Below the pieces are notes generated by a model. The model had not been told where the DNA came from, searched no databases, and saw nothing but the letters and a program-made list of their open reading frames with translations. Position numbers and translations under genes: made by a program. Below are positions 42,677-57,380 of a stretch of DNA of 64,000 nt, one piece after another. Every line of letters begins with the position of its first letter. Position 1 is the stretch's first letter. This stretch comes from Octopus vulgaris. Lineage: Eukaryota. The stretch is taken from NCBI GenBank assembly GCA_951406725.2, contig OX597833.1, positions 67,456,001-67,520,000 of the forward strand, read 5' to 3'.

Positions 42677-43493
42677 ATAGATAAAAAGATAGAGAGATAT
42701 GTTGCTTCGAGGCAATTCACTTTATTAGAATATCGGGTCCTCTAGAAGGAAGCAATCCAGTTCTTAGTGAGACTATCCTTGTGCAGGAAGAAAAAGCAAA
42801 CTTGATTTTAATGGCGTGGAGTCGAATAGTAAATAATATCAAACCAACCCATCTACTGGTACTTTGAGTTCAACTAATACGTTTGTGTGAGTGTGTGCGT
42901 GCGTGTGTGTGTGTGTGTGTATTTGGTGGTAACAACAGACGGTTGAATATATTGATGTAATGTGGACAAATTTAGTAGAGAGTAGTTTACGTAGGAGGGT
43001 CAGCAGATTGTATTCTGGCATTTATTCATTGTAGTCAGATCAGCGGCCGTATGAATCGATTAAACAATGGCGATTCCGTATAGTACCCTTCGGTTTGGCC
43101 TCATCTAAACACAAACACACACACACGCACATACACACACACACACACACACACATACGCACACGCACGTACGCACACAGAAACTCACGCTCACATACAC
43201 ACACTAGCGAAACTAGTGCTATCTAGTAGCCTTGTTTATATATTTTCCTATTAGTTCTTTTGCTAATTAGCCAGCTAATATGATCATGATCATGATGAGG
43301 ACAACAACAACAACAATAATAATAATAAAGCAAAATATTTTCAGGGTCTGTTAAACTATTATTGTGGGGCCCTAGCGTACTATTTCCTCCGAGGACAACC
43401 CCGAAACCATACATGGGCTTTCAAGGATCATATAGACCCCACCGGTTGAGAACTATTGGTTTAGGTCATCGGTGAACTGAATCCCTCATATAT

Positions 43494-43565
<72 letters not shown>

Positions 43566-43592
43566 GTGTGTGTGTGTGTTTATGTGTGTGTG

Positions 43593-43686
<94 letters not shown>

Positions 43687-43826
43687 CATATTCACTCTTT
43701 AGAATTGGTCAGATTTTTATTGTGTACATTATTAAATAATATATAAATAGGTGTTCTTTGTATTTAATAGTATTAAACTCATAAGAATTGAATATACATC
43801 TCAATATCTATGTATGTATATCGTAT

Positions 43827-43860
<34 letters not shown>

Positions 43861-44640
43861 GTGCATACACATATGAAAATATAACTCAATACATAAATAC
43901 ATACATATGCATTAATGTATGCGTGTGCATGTGTTTCAGTTTGTGTGTGTGTGTGTGTATGTGTAGAAGATGTAATAAAAATGTATTCAGATATTTTCAG
44001 AAGATGAAATAATGAATGTTCAATGTCAACGATGTTGGGTATATAGAAATGGCGGTGCGGCGGTACTTGAATTGTCCTATTGGGGATAGTGTTATATCTA
44101 TCAATATTGTGAGACTCTATATATTTTAATTCTTTTTTTCAACGCTGATCTTCAATACCTACCGGCAATAGAATATCTTATTATGTCTCTTATTCTTGTT
44201 ATTGTTATTATTTATTAATTATAATCATTGCTTTCTTAAGTTTATTTTTCCTTCACTGAGTTTTCATTAATTCAGTTCTATTCAACTGATAATCTTTTGT
44301 GTGTTCTCATCTTTAGTTATTTGTCCTCTTCGTCTCCACTCCCGCCACCTCACTCTTTGTCTACTCGGCTTCCATTTTCTTGATTAATATTATGTTTCAC
44401 TTGTAACTACAACTGTTTAAACAGAGGTGGAAAAAATCATAATATAAATTTCTTTATTTAACATTTTGCTTTTAATTTTTTTTTTAGTTTTTGCTACTGA
44501 TCCGCTCTAAATACAGAATGACTGTTGTCAAAAGGAACACCTACCTGAAGACGATTTCATGCCATCACGTCCAAGCTCAACGCTTTCGGTGCGCTGTGTC
44601 ATCTCTCTGTTCTGTTTTAACCACAATAATGGCCACTACC

Positions 44641-44833
44641 TATTTCTTTATTACCCACAAGGGGCTAAACACAGAGGGGACAAACAAGGACAGACATAGG
44701 TATTAAGTCGAGACCCCGCAAGGATGAAAGGCAAAGTCGACCTCGGCGGAATTTGAACTCACAACATAACGCAGACGAAATACCGCTAAGCATTTCGCCC
44801 GGCGTGCTAACGTTTCTGCCAGCTCGCCGCTTT
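44641..44833 (-). mobile_element. SINE family B, internally deleted
   Basis: 15-bp TSD ataatggccactacc at 44626-44640 and 44834-44848. Confidence 0.9.
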
Positions 44834-44852
44834 ATAATGGCCACTACCGCTT

Positions 44853-44998
44853 AGGTTTCTTTCAGTTTCCATCTACCATATCAACTCATAAGGCTTTGGT
44901 CGTCCTCAGACTATAGTCGAAGACGCCTGCCTAAGGTACTACGCAGTAGGACTGAACCCAGAACCATGTGGTTGATAAGCATGCCACTTACTACACGG
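44853..44998 (-). mobile_element. SINE family A, diverged 5' half
   Basis: ttctttcagtttccatctacc...ggactgaacccagaaccatgtgg. Confidence 0.8.
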
Positions 44999-45743
44999 TA
45001 ATTGAGCATATGAATTATGAAAAACACTTCACGTAATATGGCACCAAAGCCTGCATCACTAAAATCAATCCATGTGAAGAAAGGATACAGTACGATTGGA
45101 TGTTGAAACGTTTAATATTTTCTGCACGTAAAGCGACCCCTTACATTTTCAATCATTTGCTCAGGTAAACCAGTTTTTATTTCTCACTTTCGCTATTTCT
45201 TTTCAAAAACAATTTTAAAAGACGTTACTTCAACACATTTGAAATTGCATTATTTTTCCCACTTACAGTTATTCACAAATGTATGGTGTTCTTCCATCTG
45301 TTTTCCAAAAACGCTCTATGAGTTTGATATCAGAAACTCCGTGTTGAAATATTCACATAACACGAGATATAAATTGATTTGTCGTGAACAAGACAAAATA
45401 CCAATTTTAGCTAAATTTGTGCGGCAGAAACCTGAATGTGACAGAATAAATGCTTAGCAACACTCAGGCACAGAAAATTTGCATATTGTGTTGACATTTC
45501 AACGTAGCAGACGTTTTTGTTTTAATCAATTTATGATCGATAAAATGACATCCAATAATGGAAATGTTCGATTAAAACGACTATAAACTTCCTGAAAAAT
45601 CTTTAGAATTATATACTCGTTCCAAATATACGAGCTCCGTTTTATGTAAGAATTATATATATATACACACAATCACATTCATAAAGACATAAAGAATGAG
45701 CGCATTCATATGGCTGGATTTATATGTATATATATATATATAT

Positions 45744-45958
45744 ATAGAATGGTTGTATACTGTCAATCTAACACGAACGTGACAGCAGTGGGGGGCACAC
45801 CACCGCTGTTTAGCCCTAGGAAGAATCGACGCCTCCTGATGGCTTTGACACATTTAAGCCATCAGGAGGCGTCGATGCTTCCTAGGGCTAAACAGCAGTG
45901 GTGTACCCCTCCCCTACTGTCACTTTCGTGTTAGATTGACAGTATACAACCATTCTAT
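45744..45958. repeat. ~215-bp near-perfect palindrome (fold-back MITE)
   Basis: ~100-bp arms atagaatggttgtatactgtcaatctaacacga...cctcctgatggctt and its reverse complement, ~10-nt loop. Confidence 0.9.
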
Positions 45959-46005
45959 CGCCCCACCACCGTACATGTCTCTGCGAGAGATTTAGAAATT
46001 TAGTA

Positions 46006-46049
<44 letters not shown>

Positions 46050-46051
<2 letters not shown>

Positions 46052-46229
46052 TAGACCACTGAAATCAATGTTTTTTTTTCATTCTCTCTCTATTTCCTTT
46101 TATTCCTTTCTCTCGAAGAGCGTAGGCTCGAAACGTAAGAGACTCCTCCGTTTTTCCCGAGTCTCAGACTAATACACTTGCTTGTTATTCCTAAACCTGT
46201 CCTCGTCTTTGCTTTTCGTATAAATCTGA

Positions 46230-46230
<1 letters not shown>
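46050..46230 (+). mobile_element. Putative PLE terminal repeat with minimal HHR-like motif
   Basis: cctttctctcgaagagcgtaggctcgaaacgtaaga; homologous to 54550-54760 and 51070-51230. Confidence 0.55.
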
Positions 46231-46303
<73 letters not shown>

Positions 46304-46305
46304 CA

Positions 46306-46383
<78 letters not shown>

Positions 46384-47460
46384 CTCTCATTCGAAGGTGG
46401 AACATTGCTATTGAGAGAAACGGTGACGATATTGAGAAGTAGGGGTGGGATCTATAGAGGACCAGCTTAATTTTGACGTATGATACATATTCCTGTGTTG
46501 GTAATTAAACCTGTTCGAATCAAAATGCCATTATTTCTTGACTCACCTTCGTATCATAAACCATGCTGAGCATCAGAAATCTTCGTACTGAAGTGAATTG
46601 TTTTTTATGCGTAACATAGATTGACGGCTAGATAATCCGGCTAAAATCTAAAAGCATCTATAAGAGTAAGAGAGTTAATTCAAACTGTGTAACTTTACGG
46701 TGTAAAAATTTCAGATAAAAAAAGAAAACTAGGAATAGAATCGAACAAGTTCTAGCAAATTTAATCCTCGTCAGCGAAAGATATTCTACTCAGCTCACAC
46801 CACTAAGTTTTATCAACGTATATATACACATAAAACCGTATGAGATGTGGTGACCCTACTTGTGACGATCTGTAATATGGATGTGATACATTAGAAAACA
46901 AGGGTTGTTAAAAATTGAATATAACATGTAAAATAAATTTGATATGAAAGGATGCTCCCTACGTTATGCAGTGAGTTGAGAAACATATATAAGGTGAGAA
47001 TAAATATTTAGCTTCCTCCCTGAATACCTATGAAATTTTGTAAAATCTAATATATCTCTTGAAATGCAGTCTTTTCTTGGGAATGAAATTATTTTATATA
47101 AATAGAACAAATAAAAAGAAAATCATATTTATATACACGTGTCTTGCTATTGAAATTAAACATTTTGATTTAATTAACTAGATGTTATAGAAATAATTTT
47201 GCGAATTTCTGGAAATCTATTTAACAGTGAGTATATATATAAAGTGTGTGAATAACATGCGCACAAATATAGGATCGAAGAAAAGTTCAAACATACAAGC
47301 ATATATATACGTTCGGTGATATAAGGTTTGATGGGAAAAAATGATTTACCTCAATATACACTGAATGCATGTACGTGGATATATTCATATATATCTAGCT
47401 TTCTTTGTATGTGTATGTATAGACATATACATACATATATGCATATATATATTTACATAC

Positions 47461-47511
<51 letters not shown>

Positions 47512-48590
47512 CTCCTATACGCGAATTTGTGTCCATACATATGTATACATATATACATATATGTATTTATATATATATATATATATATACATATATGTAT
47601 GTATATATGTTCATATAAATGCATTATTCATAAACTCATGCATAAGGATATTAATATGTGTGCCACATATATGAATACAAATATATATATATATGTATGT
47701 AGATGTATATATATATATACCTATCTATCTATCAATCTATATACAAATGGACAGTTATGTATGTATATATGTAGAAGAATCTATCAATGTACTACATACA
47801 AATACATACATACATACACATACATGCATACACACACACACATGCATATATATTTATACATCAAACACTTCTCCATGTGCTACCACTTATGTTGGAAGCC
47901 CACTTCATCTTATGTATATAAACAAGATATCGTAAGATGATACATGAACGCTATTCACTGCAAGATTTGATTGCATTTTAAAGAAAATATAAATACAAGC
48001 GTATAGAATAAACACATAAAATACAGAAAATAATTCTTCATATATATTCGTACGTTCCCATATTCTCTATTGTGTTCTTCATTTGCAAGGCGTAATCTCT
48101 TAAAAAATATTTTGGGATGTAAAGGAATAGATTTTATTGAAACAACAATTTTCTTGACAAAATGGGGTTTCTGAAGCGCATGCTCATCAGAAACTGCTTC
48201 GTACGTGCAAAATGGTGTGTCGGAAAAACAGGAGAGGGGAAATGTATATTCGACGTTTATTGAAAATAAACGGCAGATTCTAAATGCATGTGGAATTCTT
48301 AAGCTGAGAAAGAGTCTCTATGAATACTACGTACGCACAAAAATACATACTTACACACAAACCTATACACGCATACATATATACATACGTGCATATATAC
48401 ATATATATCTATAAAATTCCATTAATAAATATATACACAGCACGGCAGCTTGCGCAATTGTTTCTACAGTAGCCCTCTGCCGGGCAAAATTATAAGGATA
48501 AATCTTGTACAGGAAAACTGTGTGAAAGCCGGCAATGTGCTTATGAGAGCTTGCGTGTGTGTATATATATATGTGTGTGTGTGTGTGTGT

Positions 48591-48638
<48 letters not shown>

Positions 48639-49204
48639 GAATATATGTATGTATGTATATATATATATATAGTATTTTACTGAAGATTTCATTTCAGAAT
48701 CTGTAACACCAGGTGTCATGTACCGGCTCATCAGTGTCTGGATTTCGGCAACATTAATATCCGAGTAATACTTCCTGAAAGTTTTTGAGATTTCGTACAA
48801 AACTAAATTGTCAATACTTTAAGTACAGACTCCTTGCAATATCTCTAAGTGGCCTACACCGAGACAAATTGAACAGATGTGAACAGATCCGACTAATCAT
48901 CCAAAAAGTCAAACGAAATCCTTGATTTCTGTTTCAGTTTTCTGGACCACTGATTTGATCTTAAAATCGATATATTATGAAGGATAATATGGTTATAATA
49001 AGGCCAATGTTTTTTGTGTATTGTAAACGCGTATCTTTAGTTTGTTTTAGTTTTTGCTATTTGTTGTGCACCAAGAGGATTGCAACTGAAATTTATTCGG
49101 GTTATTCGCACTGAACCAAACGGCATTAGATCCAGGGGTTGACCAAGAGCGAAAGGCTCAGGTGCTCACTCTGGGGATGACAGACAAAACGAGTGATGTC
49201 ATTT

Positions 49205-49622
49205 AATGTCGTTACTACCCACAAGGGGCTAAACACAGAGAGGACAAACAAGGACAGACAAACGGATTAAGTCGATTATATCGACCCCAGTGCGTAACTA
49301 GTACATATTTAATCGACCGCGAAAGGATGAAAGGCAAAGTCGACCTCGGCGGAATTTGAACTCAGAACGTAGCGTTAGACGAAATACCTATTTCTTTACT
49401 ACCCACAAGGGGCTAAACACAGAGAGGACAAACAAGGACAGACAAACGGATTAAGTCGATTATATCGACCCCAGTGCGTAACTGGTACTTATTTAATCGA
49501 CCCCGAAAGGATAAAAGGCAAAGTCGTCCTCGGCGGAATTTGAACTCAGAACGTAGAAGCAGACGAAATACCGTTAAGCATTTCGCCCGGCTTGCTAACG
49601 TTTCTGCCAGCTCCCCACCTAA
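49205..49622 (-). mobile_element. SINE family B with two tandem units
   Basis: 14-bp TSD gagtgatgtcattt at 49191-49204 and 49623-49636. Confidence 0.92.
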
Positions 49623-51069
49623 GAGTGATGTCATTTGCTTCTGAAAAAGCCCTGTGGAGGAGGTATCTAATATATTCTATTCCTATGACCCTCCCAGGAA
49701 TAAAGGGCCGGGAAGATGTATGGATTGATTGATTGCATGATATTGAGCCTGTGTGAGCAACTTGAAAACAGTTTGAGGTTTGATGCATAGCAAAGCCTAA
49801 CATGAAGACATGTTTGATGTCGTCAAAATATATGCGATATCTTTCTAAATGTTAGTGACCTGTATATTTCATCTCATGCAATACCAGTATTTTTTCTCTT
49901 GTATCTCCTGACGAAGGAATTGCGCAGTTCTACATGCCTCGACATTGAAACTAATCAATCTAGTGTTGCGCAATTCAATGTTGGGTGAATCCTCTAGATG
50001 GTGTAGCAGTAATATTTGCGGATATATCAACAGTGAATCCATTGTGATATTTTTCCCGATAGGTATTTCCTCTTAAAGGTTTATTGTGCTTCGGTGAAAT
50101 TTAGCGATTCCTTTCGCTTTTCCTGTGTTTGCAACGAGTAAATATATTTGCATTGTGATCAGTAATGCGACATTAAATGTTTGTCATGAAGAGACAGCCT
50201 CTCTTTATGTTAATTTCTATAAAACAGCCTGTAGAATTTATGGCCTTTCAGGAAAAATATTTTCTGATACAACGAGGAGAAAGGTTATGCAACGCTTGTA
50301 CTTAAATCAATATTGTTTACGAGAACATAACATATTTTGCCACATAATTTTTTGAAGATAGCTCTATACGGAAGTAGGTGAGAAGTTAATTCATTTCTAA
50401 TGTTCACTACGGTATGGTGTAATGGTTACGTTGTTAGGTTCACTACCGTAAGAACGGTGGTTCGATTTCAGAATAGAGCATCACGTTTTGTTCTTGGACA
50501 AGGCATTTTTTTCCACAAAATTGCTCTCTACACAGTTGAAATTGAATGTCAGCTAAATGTTAAAGCAGATCCCTCTTTCTTTGTCTCTCAGCCGTATTCT
50601 AGATCTTATTTTCAGTCAGTTCAGAGGGGGCCGCAGAGCGACTCTCTTTGCGATATGTGTGTCGAAAAACTTAATAGTAGCAACACATACTACTAGAACC
50701 TACTCTCTTGCGAATGCAGGCTTTACTTTTATGATTTCAATGCAGAATTATGACATTAACTCTCCGCATCCTTATTAATGTTGACTCGGACGATATAATT
50801 GATATTTTCTTCATGGTTATAGAAACAAGTTATGTGAATTTCGGGTGTAGCCAATGGATTAAGTCTGTAAACGGTGACGTTCACGATGACGATCAGTTCG
50901 AAAATGTTGTCCCGTTATCATCATTGGTTAAATTGCATTTTTTAAAGGATTATGTAATTATTTCGTGTAAGGCTTCGATTTTGATCATCCGTGCTATTGG
51001 ATGTAATCAATCTTATTGAGTATTTGTCCACGTACACATACACACACACACACGCATAATTCGAATTTA

Positions 51070-51230
51070 CAGAAAACAAAAGAAGATATATGAAGGCACA
51101 ACAAGCAGGTGTGTTAGTTTAAAGATTGAGAAGATGGAAAAGTTTTTGACGTTTCGAGCCTAAGCCCTTCGTCAGAATGCATTTAGAGGCAAAGACAGAA
51201 AAAGAAAACGGAGAGAGGAAAATTGTGTCG
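51070..51230 (-). mobile_element. Putative PLE terminal repeat with minimal HHR (51143-51176)
   Basis: Reverse complement tt-CTGACGA-a-GGGC ttag GCTC-GAAA-CGTC^-aa. Confidence 0.6.
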
Positions 51231-51294
51231 GCGTTAAAGGCTGAAAATGATGAAATGGCCTGAGTGCGCATGTAGGTATTCAGGTAGTAAGAGG

Positions 51295-51335
<41 letters not shown>

Positions 51336-51879
51336 GTTGATACATGCATGTTTACGTGCCTCTCTACATATGTAGGTGGGTTGTGTGTAAAGGTATACAT
51401 GTGTGTATGTATATAAATACAAACATACTTCCATGCACACGCAGTAACACACATACACGCACACACCCCTTTGATTTCCTTTTCCTCTACTTAACTTGTC
51501 TCTTCCTCTCTCTCATTCTTCACTCTCTCTCTCCCCTCTTCTTTCTTCATGGTTTCCTCGCAGCCATTCCCCTTCTTCTCTCCCTTTCTCTTGCTCCTCC
51601 TCCCCCTCCCGTCATTGATCCGCGACGAGACTTCCGCTGCTGTCTTTCTGGCCTGGTCCTCTCAAGGTATGGATGACAATTCTTTTTGCTCCGCTCGTCG
51701 TTCATAAAAAAAAAACCGCGTTCGCAATCCTTTTTTTCGTTCGGCGTTAACAGCCCTTCTTATCTTGTTTTGCCTTGTCCTCTCTTTCACTGTTTATAAT
51801 TTGTACTGTCGTTACTGTGCTGTTTTTGTTACCATTGTTTACCCCTCTGCGAAAAGATGTCAGAATTTTAATTGATTTG

Positions 51880-52156
51880 CTTTTCGCAGGAAGGAAAGTT
51901 TCTTGTCGAAGATACGTCTCGCTTTCACCTTCGTAACGTAGAGTAGATGAAACCATAGCGACTGAAGAAGGGTTTTTTCTTTGTGTTAATTGTCCTGTAC
52001 TCTATTTTTCTGTTGTTTAAAAAAATGTCCAGTCCCTTTGGTTTGTGTCTATGTTTTCGTTTCTCATTGTGTTCGACGACTTTTTGGTGTCCTGTACTCA
52101 TATATGCGTGTATATGTACATGTAGAGGTAGGTACGTACATATATGTTTATATATA

Positions 52157-52170
<14 letters not shown>
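51880..52170 (+). mobile_element. Putative PLE terminal-repeat remnant, family of 5140-5402
   Basis: Aligns to the reverse complement of 5140-5402. Confidence 0.55.
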
Positions 52171-52196
<26 letters not shown>

Positions 52197-52829
52197 TGCA
52201 TAGGAGTATATGTAAATGTATATGTATATCTATTTGTTTATGTATAAAGGTATGTATTAAAATTTCTAATTCAAAACACGTGCAAAGCACGCCTGATACA
52301 TTCGAACTAGAAGTTTAAAATAAGGTATAGCAATGATTCATAAATAATTTTGATTTTCGGTGGAGGACTAAATTTTTCTAGTTTTGTTCACATAGAAGAA
52401 ACACCAAGCAATTAAAGGGTAAATATCAAATATTATAATTGATGATTATTGAAGATATACGACGTAATACGCATGTAGGAAGAATTCTGGTTATTTCGAA
52501 TAATATATTCCATGCTATAACAGATTAGCCAAACCTTGCAGATGTCCAATTGCTGGCTCTGCATCATGACCCAAACTGGTTAACGGAAATGCTAAATACA
52601 ACGGGTGTCAACATAAAGACTTAGTGTCACCTCAGTAAGACATTTGCGGTCTATGAAAATATAAGGAACAGACTGTTGATACCCATTCATAATACTTCAC
52701 TTTCATATGCGCTCCCTCTTGATCTCCCAAGTCTTCAAACTTTTACCGGTGCACATACATATATATTGATAGACATATATGCATGTATATACATACATAC
52801 ATACATGCATACATACATACATACATACA

Positions 52830-52863
<34 letters not shown>

Positions 52864-53756
52864 CATACATACATACATACATACATACATACATACATAC
52901 ATACATACATACATACATACATGCATACATACATATATAATATTTAATAAATTTTAGGGTAGCAACAAATTCTTGAAAAATTATCCGCTACCAGCGGTCA
53001 AGTGAGAATTTATTAAATAATGATTTTTTGGCTAATTTTGAAATTAAATCGGCAGTTTATATTTACTGCAGAGAAAACCGCGTGAGAGTGGTGGATTTTG
53101 AAAAGTTATAGCATATAGACTCGAGGCATGGCTATTATCGCCTTGTGGCTATATGCTAGTCCTTGGCTTTCTACTGAAGAGGCAACGCCAGTCGTAAGTA
53201 ATTTTATTTTATTTACTAAAGATTGCCGAAACTATGCATAGTCCAGAAAGGAGAGGGTAAACGTTTTTATTTCTCTTTCCATTTCATAATTACAACTATT
53301 AGTGGTTTGGAGTTTAACTGCTCTTTGTAGTGAGTTGGATGTCCTATTATGGCCATTCCTTATATGTTTGAATACATACATATATATATATTCTTGTATA
53401 TTTATATATAAATGCATGTTTATATACATATAGGAATTATATTTTCTGCATCTTTACACGACGCACATACGCTACATACACACATTAATAATTAAGGTTA
53501 CTATTTGTAACAGCAGCATGCTACAAATAGCAGTCAAAACGCCTCAAAACCATAGTTTTCATTTGTAGAAGTGAAAACTGTGGTTCTTGACAGCTATCTT
53601 TGCTGGTGCTACACGAGCTACACTCCATTAGTGACTAATAATTTAGCCTTCATGGTCCTTCAACACATACTACCCACTGATATTATTTTAAATTATTAAC
53701 CGTAATATCCTCATTTGTTTATATATATATTGGATTGGCAACAAAGTTCCCGCCGT

Positions 53757-53796
<40 letters not shown>

Positions 53797-53809
53797 ATAT
53801 ATATATAAT

Positions 53810-54022
53810 TCTCTTGCAGGAAGGACTGTTCGACGGGATCGTGTTCTATCCTTACCTTCGAAACACGCATTGAGTCGAACCAGGGGCAGCTGATGAAGGG
53901 GAATATTCCTTGTATTGTTTGTCTTGTACTCTGTTTTTTCGTGGTTAAAAAAGTCCGTTTCCTAGTTTGTTTTTATGTTTTCGTTTCTCGTTGAGTTCTA
54001 CGTTTATTTGTGGTGTCCTGTA

Positions 54023-54113
<91 letters not shown>

Positions 54114-54200
54114 ATGTATATATACATGTAGATGTAGGTACGTATATTTATATATTGTATATTTATATATAAATGCATGTTTATATATAAATATATATGT
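53810..54200 (+). mobile_element. Putative PLE terminal-repeat remnant, family of 5140-5402
   Basis: ccttcgaaacac...gctgatgaagggg...tgtcctgtactcatat...gtaggtacgta. Confidence 0.55.
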
Positions 54201-54499
54201 TTATATATATATATGCATGTATGTATGCATATATTTTATTTATTAAATTATATATATATATATATTTATACACACAAAACTGGACATGTATACATAACTA
54301 TGTGTGTGCGTGAAAGCGAATATACGTCGCAGTATACTGTACACCTATATATAATCACTAAAATATGAATGTATGTATACGGACACGCAATACGTTGTTT
54401 ATGAAGATATATTAGAAAATGTTTATGTATATATTAACATATATGTATGTAAGTAAGTATGTGTGTATCTGTCTATATATGTTACAATTATATATATGT

Positions 54500-54547
<48 letters not shown>

Positions 54548-54549
54548 CA

Positions 54550-54756
54550 TTCACCACGATAGAAGGCTAGCCAGTACACATTAATTATTTTCTCTTTATT
54601 TTATTTTCTTGTTTCTTACTGTGTTCCTTTCTGTAGAAGAGCGTAGGCTCGAAACGTTAAAGACTTTTTCACATCCCGAGCGTTATACTAATACATCTAT
54701 TTGTTGTCTACATCACCTCTCTTCATCTTTTGTTTTTGTTTTTTGTAAATTCTCCC

Positions 54757-54760
<4 letters not shown>
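54550..54760 (+). mobile_element. Putative PLE terminal repeat with minimal HHR-like motif
   Basis: cttt-CTGTAGA-a-GAGC gtag GCTC-GAAA-CGTT-aaag, flanked by (TA)n. Confidence 0.55.
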
Positions 54761-54788
<28 letters not shown>

Positions 54789-55389
54789 TATATATGACCG
54801 ACGCGGAGAGGAGTAAAAACACGTCTTTATACTTCAGCAATCATGTATATATGAACTTCAGCAATCATGTATATATATGTATATATATATATATGTATAA
54901 TGTATATATATATATGAATATACACACACACGCACACATACATATATATTTATGCATATACGGTATGTGGATATTCTGTCAATTTTATAAATATTTAAAA
55001 CTTGCTTAGAACACATCACTTTTATCAATAAGTATTTTTATGTATGTTTAGATTTCAATATATATATTTGTACTTGTACATACAGACACAAACTACACAC
55101 AAACACATACACACACGCACATTTGTGTGTGGCGTGTTCGTGCCCGTGTATATGTGTGTGTAAATGTCTGTGCCTGCGTTCGGTGATTTGTCTGTTATCC
55201 GGAGAGCGCTGTGTGTCTTGTTTTGAAAAATTTTGGTCATAAATAATCGCATTATAGCAAAAAATATTTAAATAAGGATATATTGGAAATCGTTATTATG
55301 AATTTATGATAACTTTGCAAACATGAGCGCATCTATATACATACATACATACATACATACACATATATATATATATATATGTAAGTATA

Positions 55390-55487
<98 letters not shown>

Positions 55488-55498
55488 TATATACTTAC

Positions 55499-55546
<48 letters not shown>

Positions 55547-55575
55547 CTATATACTTATATATATATATATATGTA

Positions 55576-55614
<39 letters not shown>

Positions 55615-55621
55615 AGTATAT

Positions 55622-55667
<46 letters not shown>

Positions 55668-55698
55668 GTAAGTATATATATATATATATATATGTATG

Positions 55699-55730
<32 letters not shown>

Positions 55731-55815
55731 TATTGTATATATATATATATATGTATGTATGTGTGTATATATGTGTATATGTATGTATGTATCTGCCTAT
55801 ATACATATATGTATG

Positions 55816-55855
<40 letters not shown>

Positions 55856-56109
55856 CGAATGTATTGTTTATAGCAGCTCTTTTGTTTTGTTATTTTTCTG
55901 TTTTGATTTTTTGTCACACTTGCCTTGTTTTCTTTCCTTCTAATCCTGTAGGTTATGTTTAAACATACATCAACTTACTGACCTAGTGTTTTTGCACACT
56001 CTTAGACACCAGACGTACACACTCGCAGAATAACGGCATGAAAGAAAAACTGTATGTTATTTCTTTCCTTCCCCTGTCCTTACTTTTAGAAAACGAAAGT
56101 AACAAAAAC

Positions 56110-56135
56110 ATTAATAATAATATTATTACTACTAT

Positions 56136-56218
<83 letters not shown>

Positions 56219-56234
56219 ATAATAATAATAATAA

Positions 56235-56265
<31 letters not shown>

Positions 56266-56284
56266 AAGAGGAAGAATGATAATG

Positions 56285-56337
<53 letters not shown>

Positions 56338-56980
56338 GATAATAATAATAATAATGATAATGATAATAAAAAAAATTATTATAATAATAATAATAATAAT
56401 TAGAAGAAGTAGAAGAAGAGGAAGAAGGAGAAGAAAGAGGAGGGGAATAATAATAAGAAGAAGCAGAAGAAGTGAAAGAAGAGAAAGAAGAGGATGTAGA
56501 AGAAGAAGAACAAGAACAACAACAACAACAACAACAAGAAAAAGAAAAAGTGAAATAAAAAAAGAAAGAGTACAGAAATGAGAAAAAGAAGAGAAAGAAG
56601 AAAATGGAGGAGAAGAAGTAGAAGGAGGAATAGAAGAAAAGCTGAAGAAAAGTAGAAGCAGAAGAGGAAGATAAAGAAGGAGAAGTGAAAGAAGAAGGAG
56701 ATAAAGAAGAAAAAGGAGAAAAAGAACAAAAAAGAGGAAGAAGTAGAAAATATGAAAAAAGAAGAGAAAAAGAAGAAAAAAATAATAATAATTATTATTA
56801 TTATTATAATAGTAAGAAGAAGGAGGAGGAGAAGAAGAAGAAGAAGAAGAAGAAGAAGAAGAAGAAGAAGAAGAAGAAGAAGAAGAAGAAGAAGAAGAAG
56901 AAGAAGAAGAAGAAGAAAGTAAATAGAAGAACAGGAAGAAGAAAAGAGAAAAGGAGAAGAGAAAGGAAGGAGGAAGAAAA
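56110..56980. repeat. Compound (ACT)n/(AAT)n/(AAG)n microsatellite and purine tract
   Basis: Direct reading. Confidence 0.95.
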
Positions 56981-57380
56981 CTGAAAAACAATTTATAGAA
57001 ATCGATAAGAGTGTCTTAAATGAAAATTTCCATCAAAATAGTCTCCATACGTAGTTGATACATATTTCACAAACGTCTCATGTTAAAAGAACTGTTCTGA
57101 GAAAATATGGCGTCTAAATAAAAAAAATGTGTATGTGTGTGCTTCTTGGACTTTGTGTCGGTTGATTTTTCTTCCTCGATTTTAAAAAAGTGGTGTACCT
57201 TTGGGCTATATAATCGAATAGCTTAAACCTATTTGTTAATCCCTATACGAAAGGAATTATTGCCCTTTGATCTGTAGGGGAAATCGAATAGTATCTTCGG
57301 TTCTGTTTTACACTGTTAGCTAATATAAAAGAGTAAATTTCGGTACTGCAGTACAACTACTTGGGATTACTTTCAGGGTT

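Noticed and set aside
48690-48790. Minus-strand CTGATGAG as HHR, or a plus-strand exon
   Set aside because: No helix II closing onto GAAA and no recognisable peptide
49905-49980. CTGACGA followed by gaattgcgca/tgcgcaattc stem
   Set aside because: No GAAA or cleavage triplet after the stem
53170-53205. CTGAAGA-GGC..GTC-GTAA HHR-like motif
   Set aside because: GAAA box broken and no helix I or III; compatible with chance
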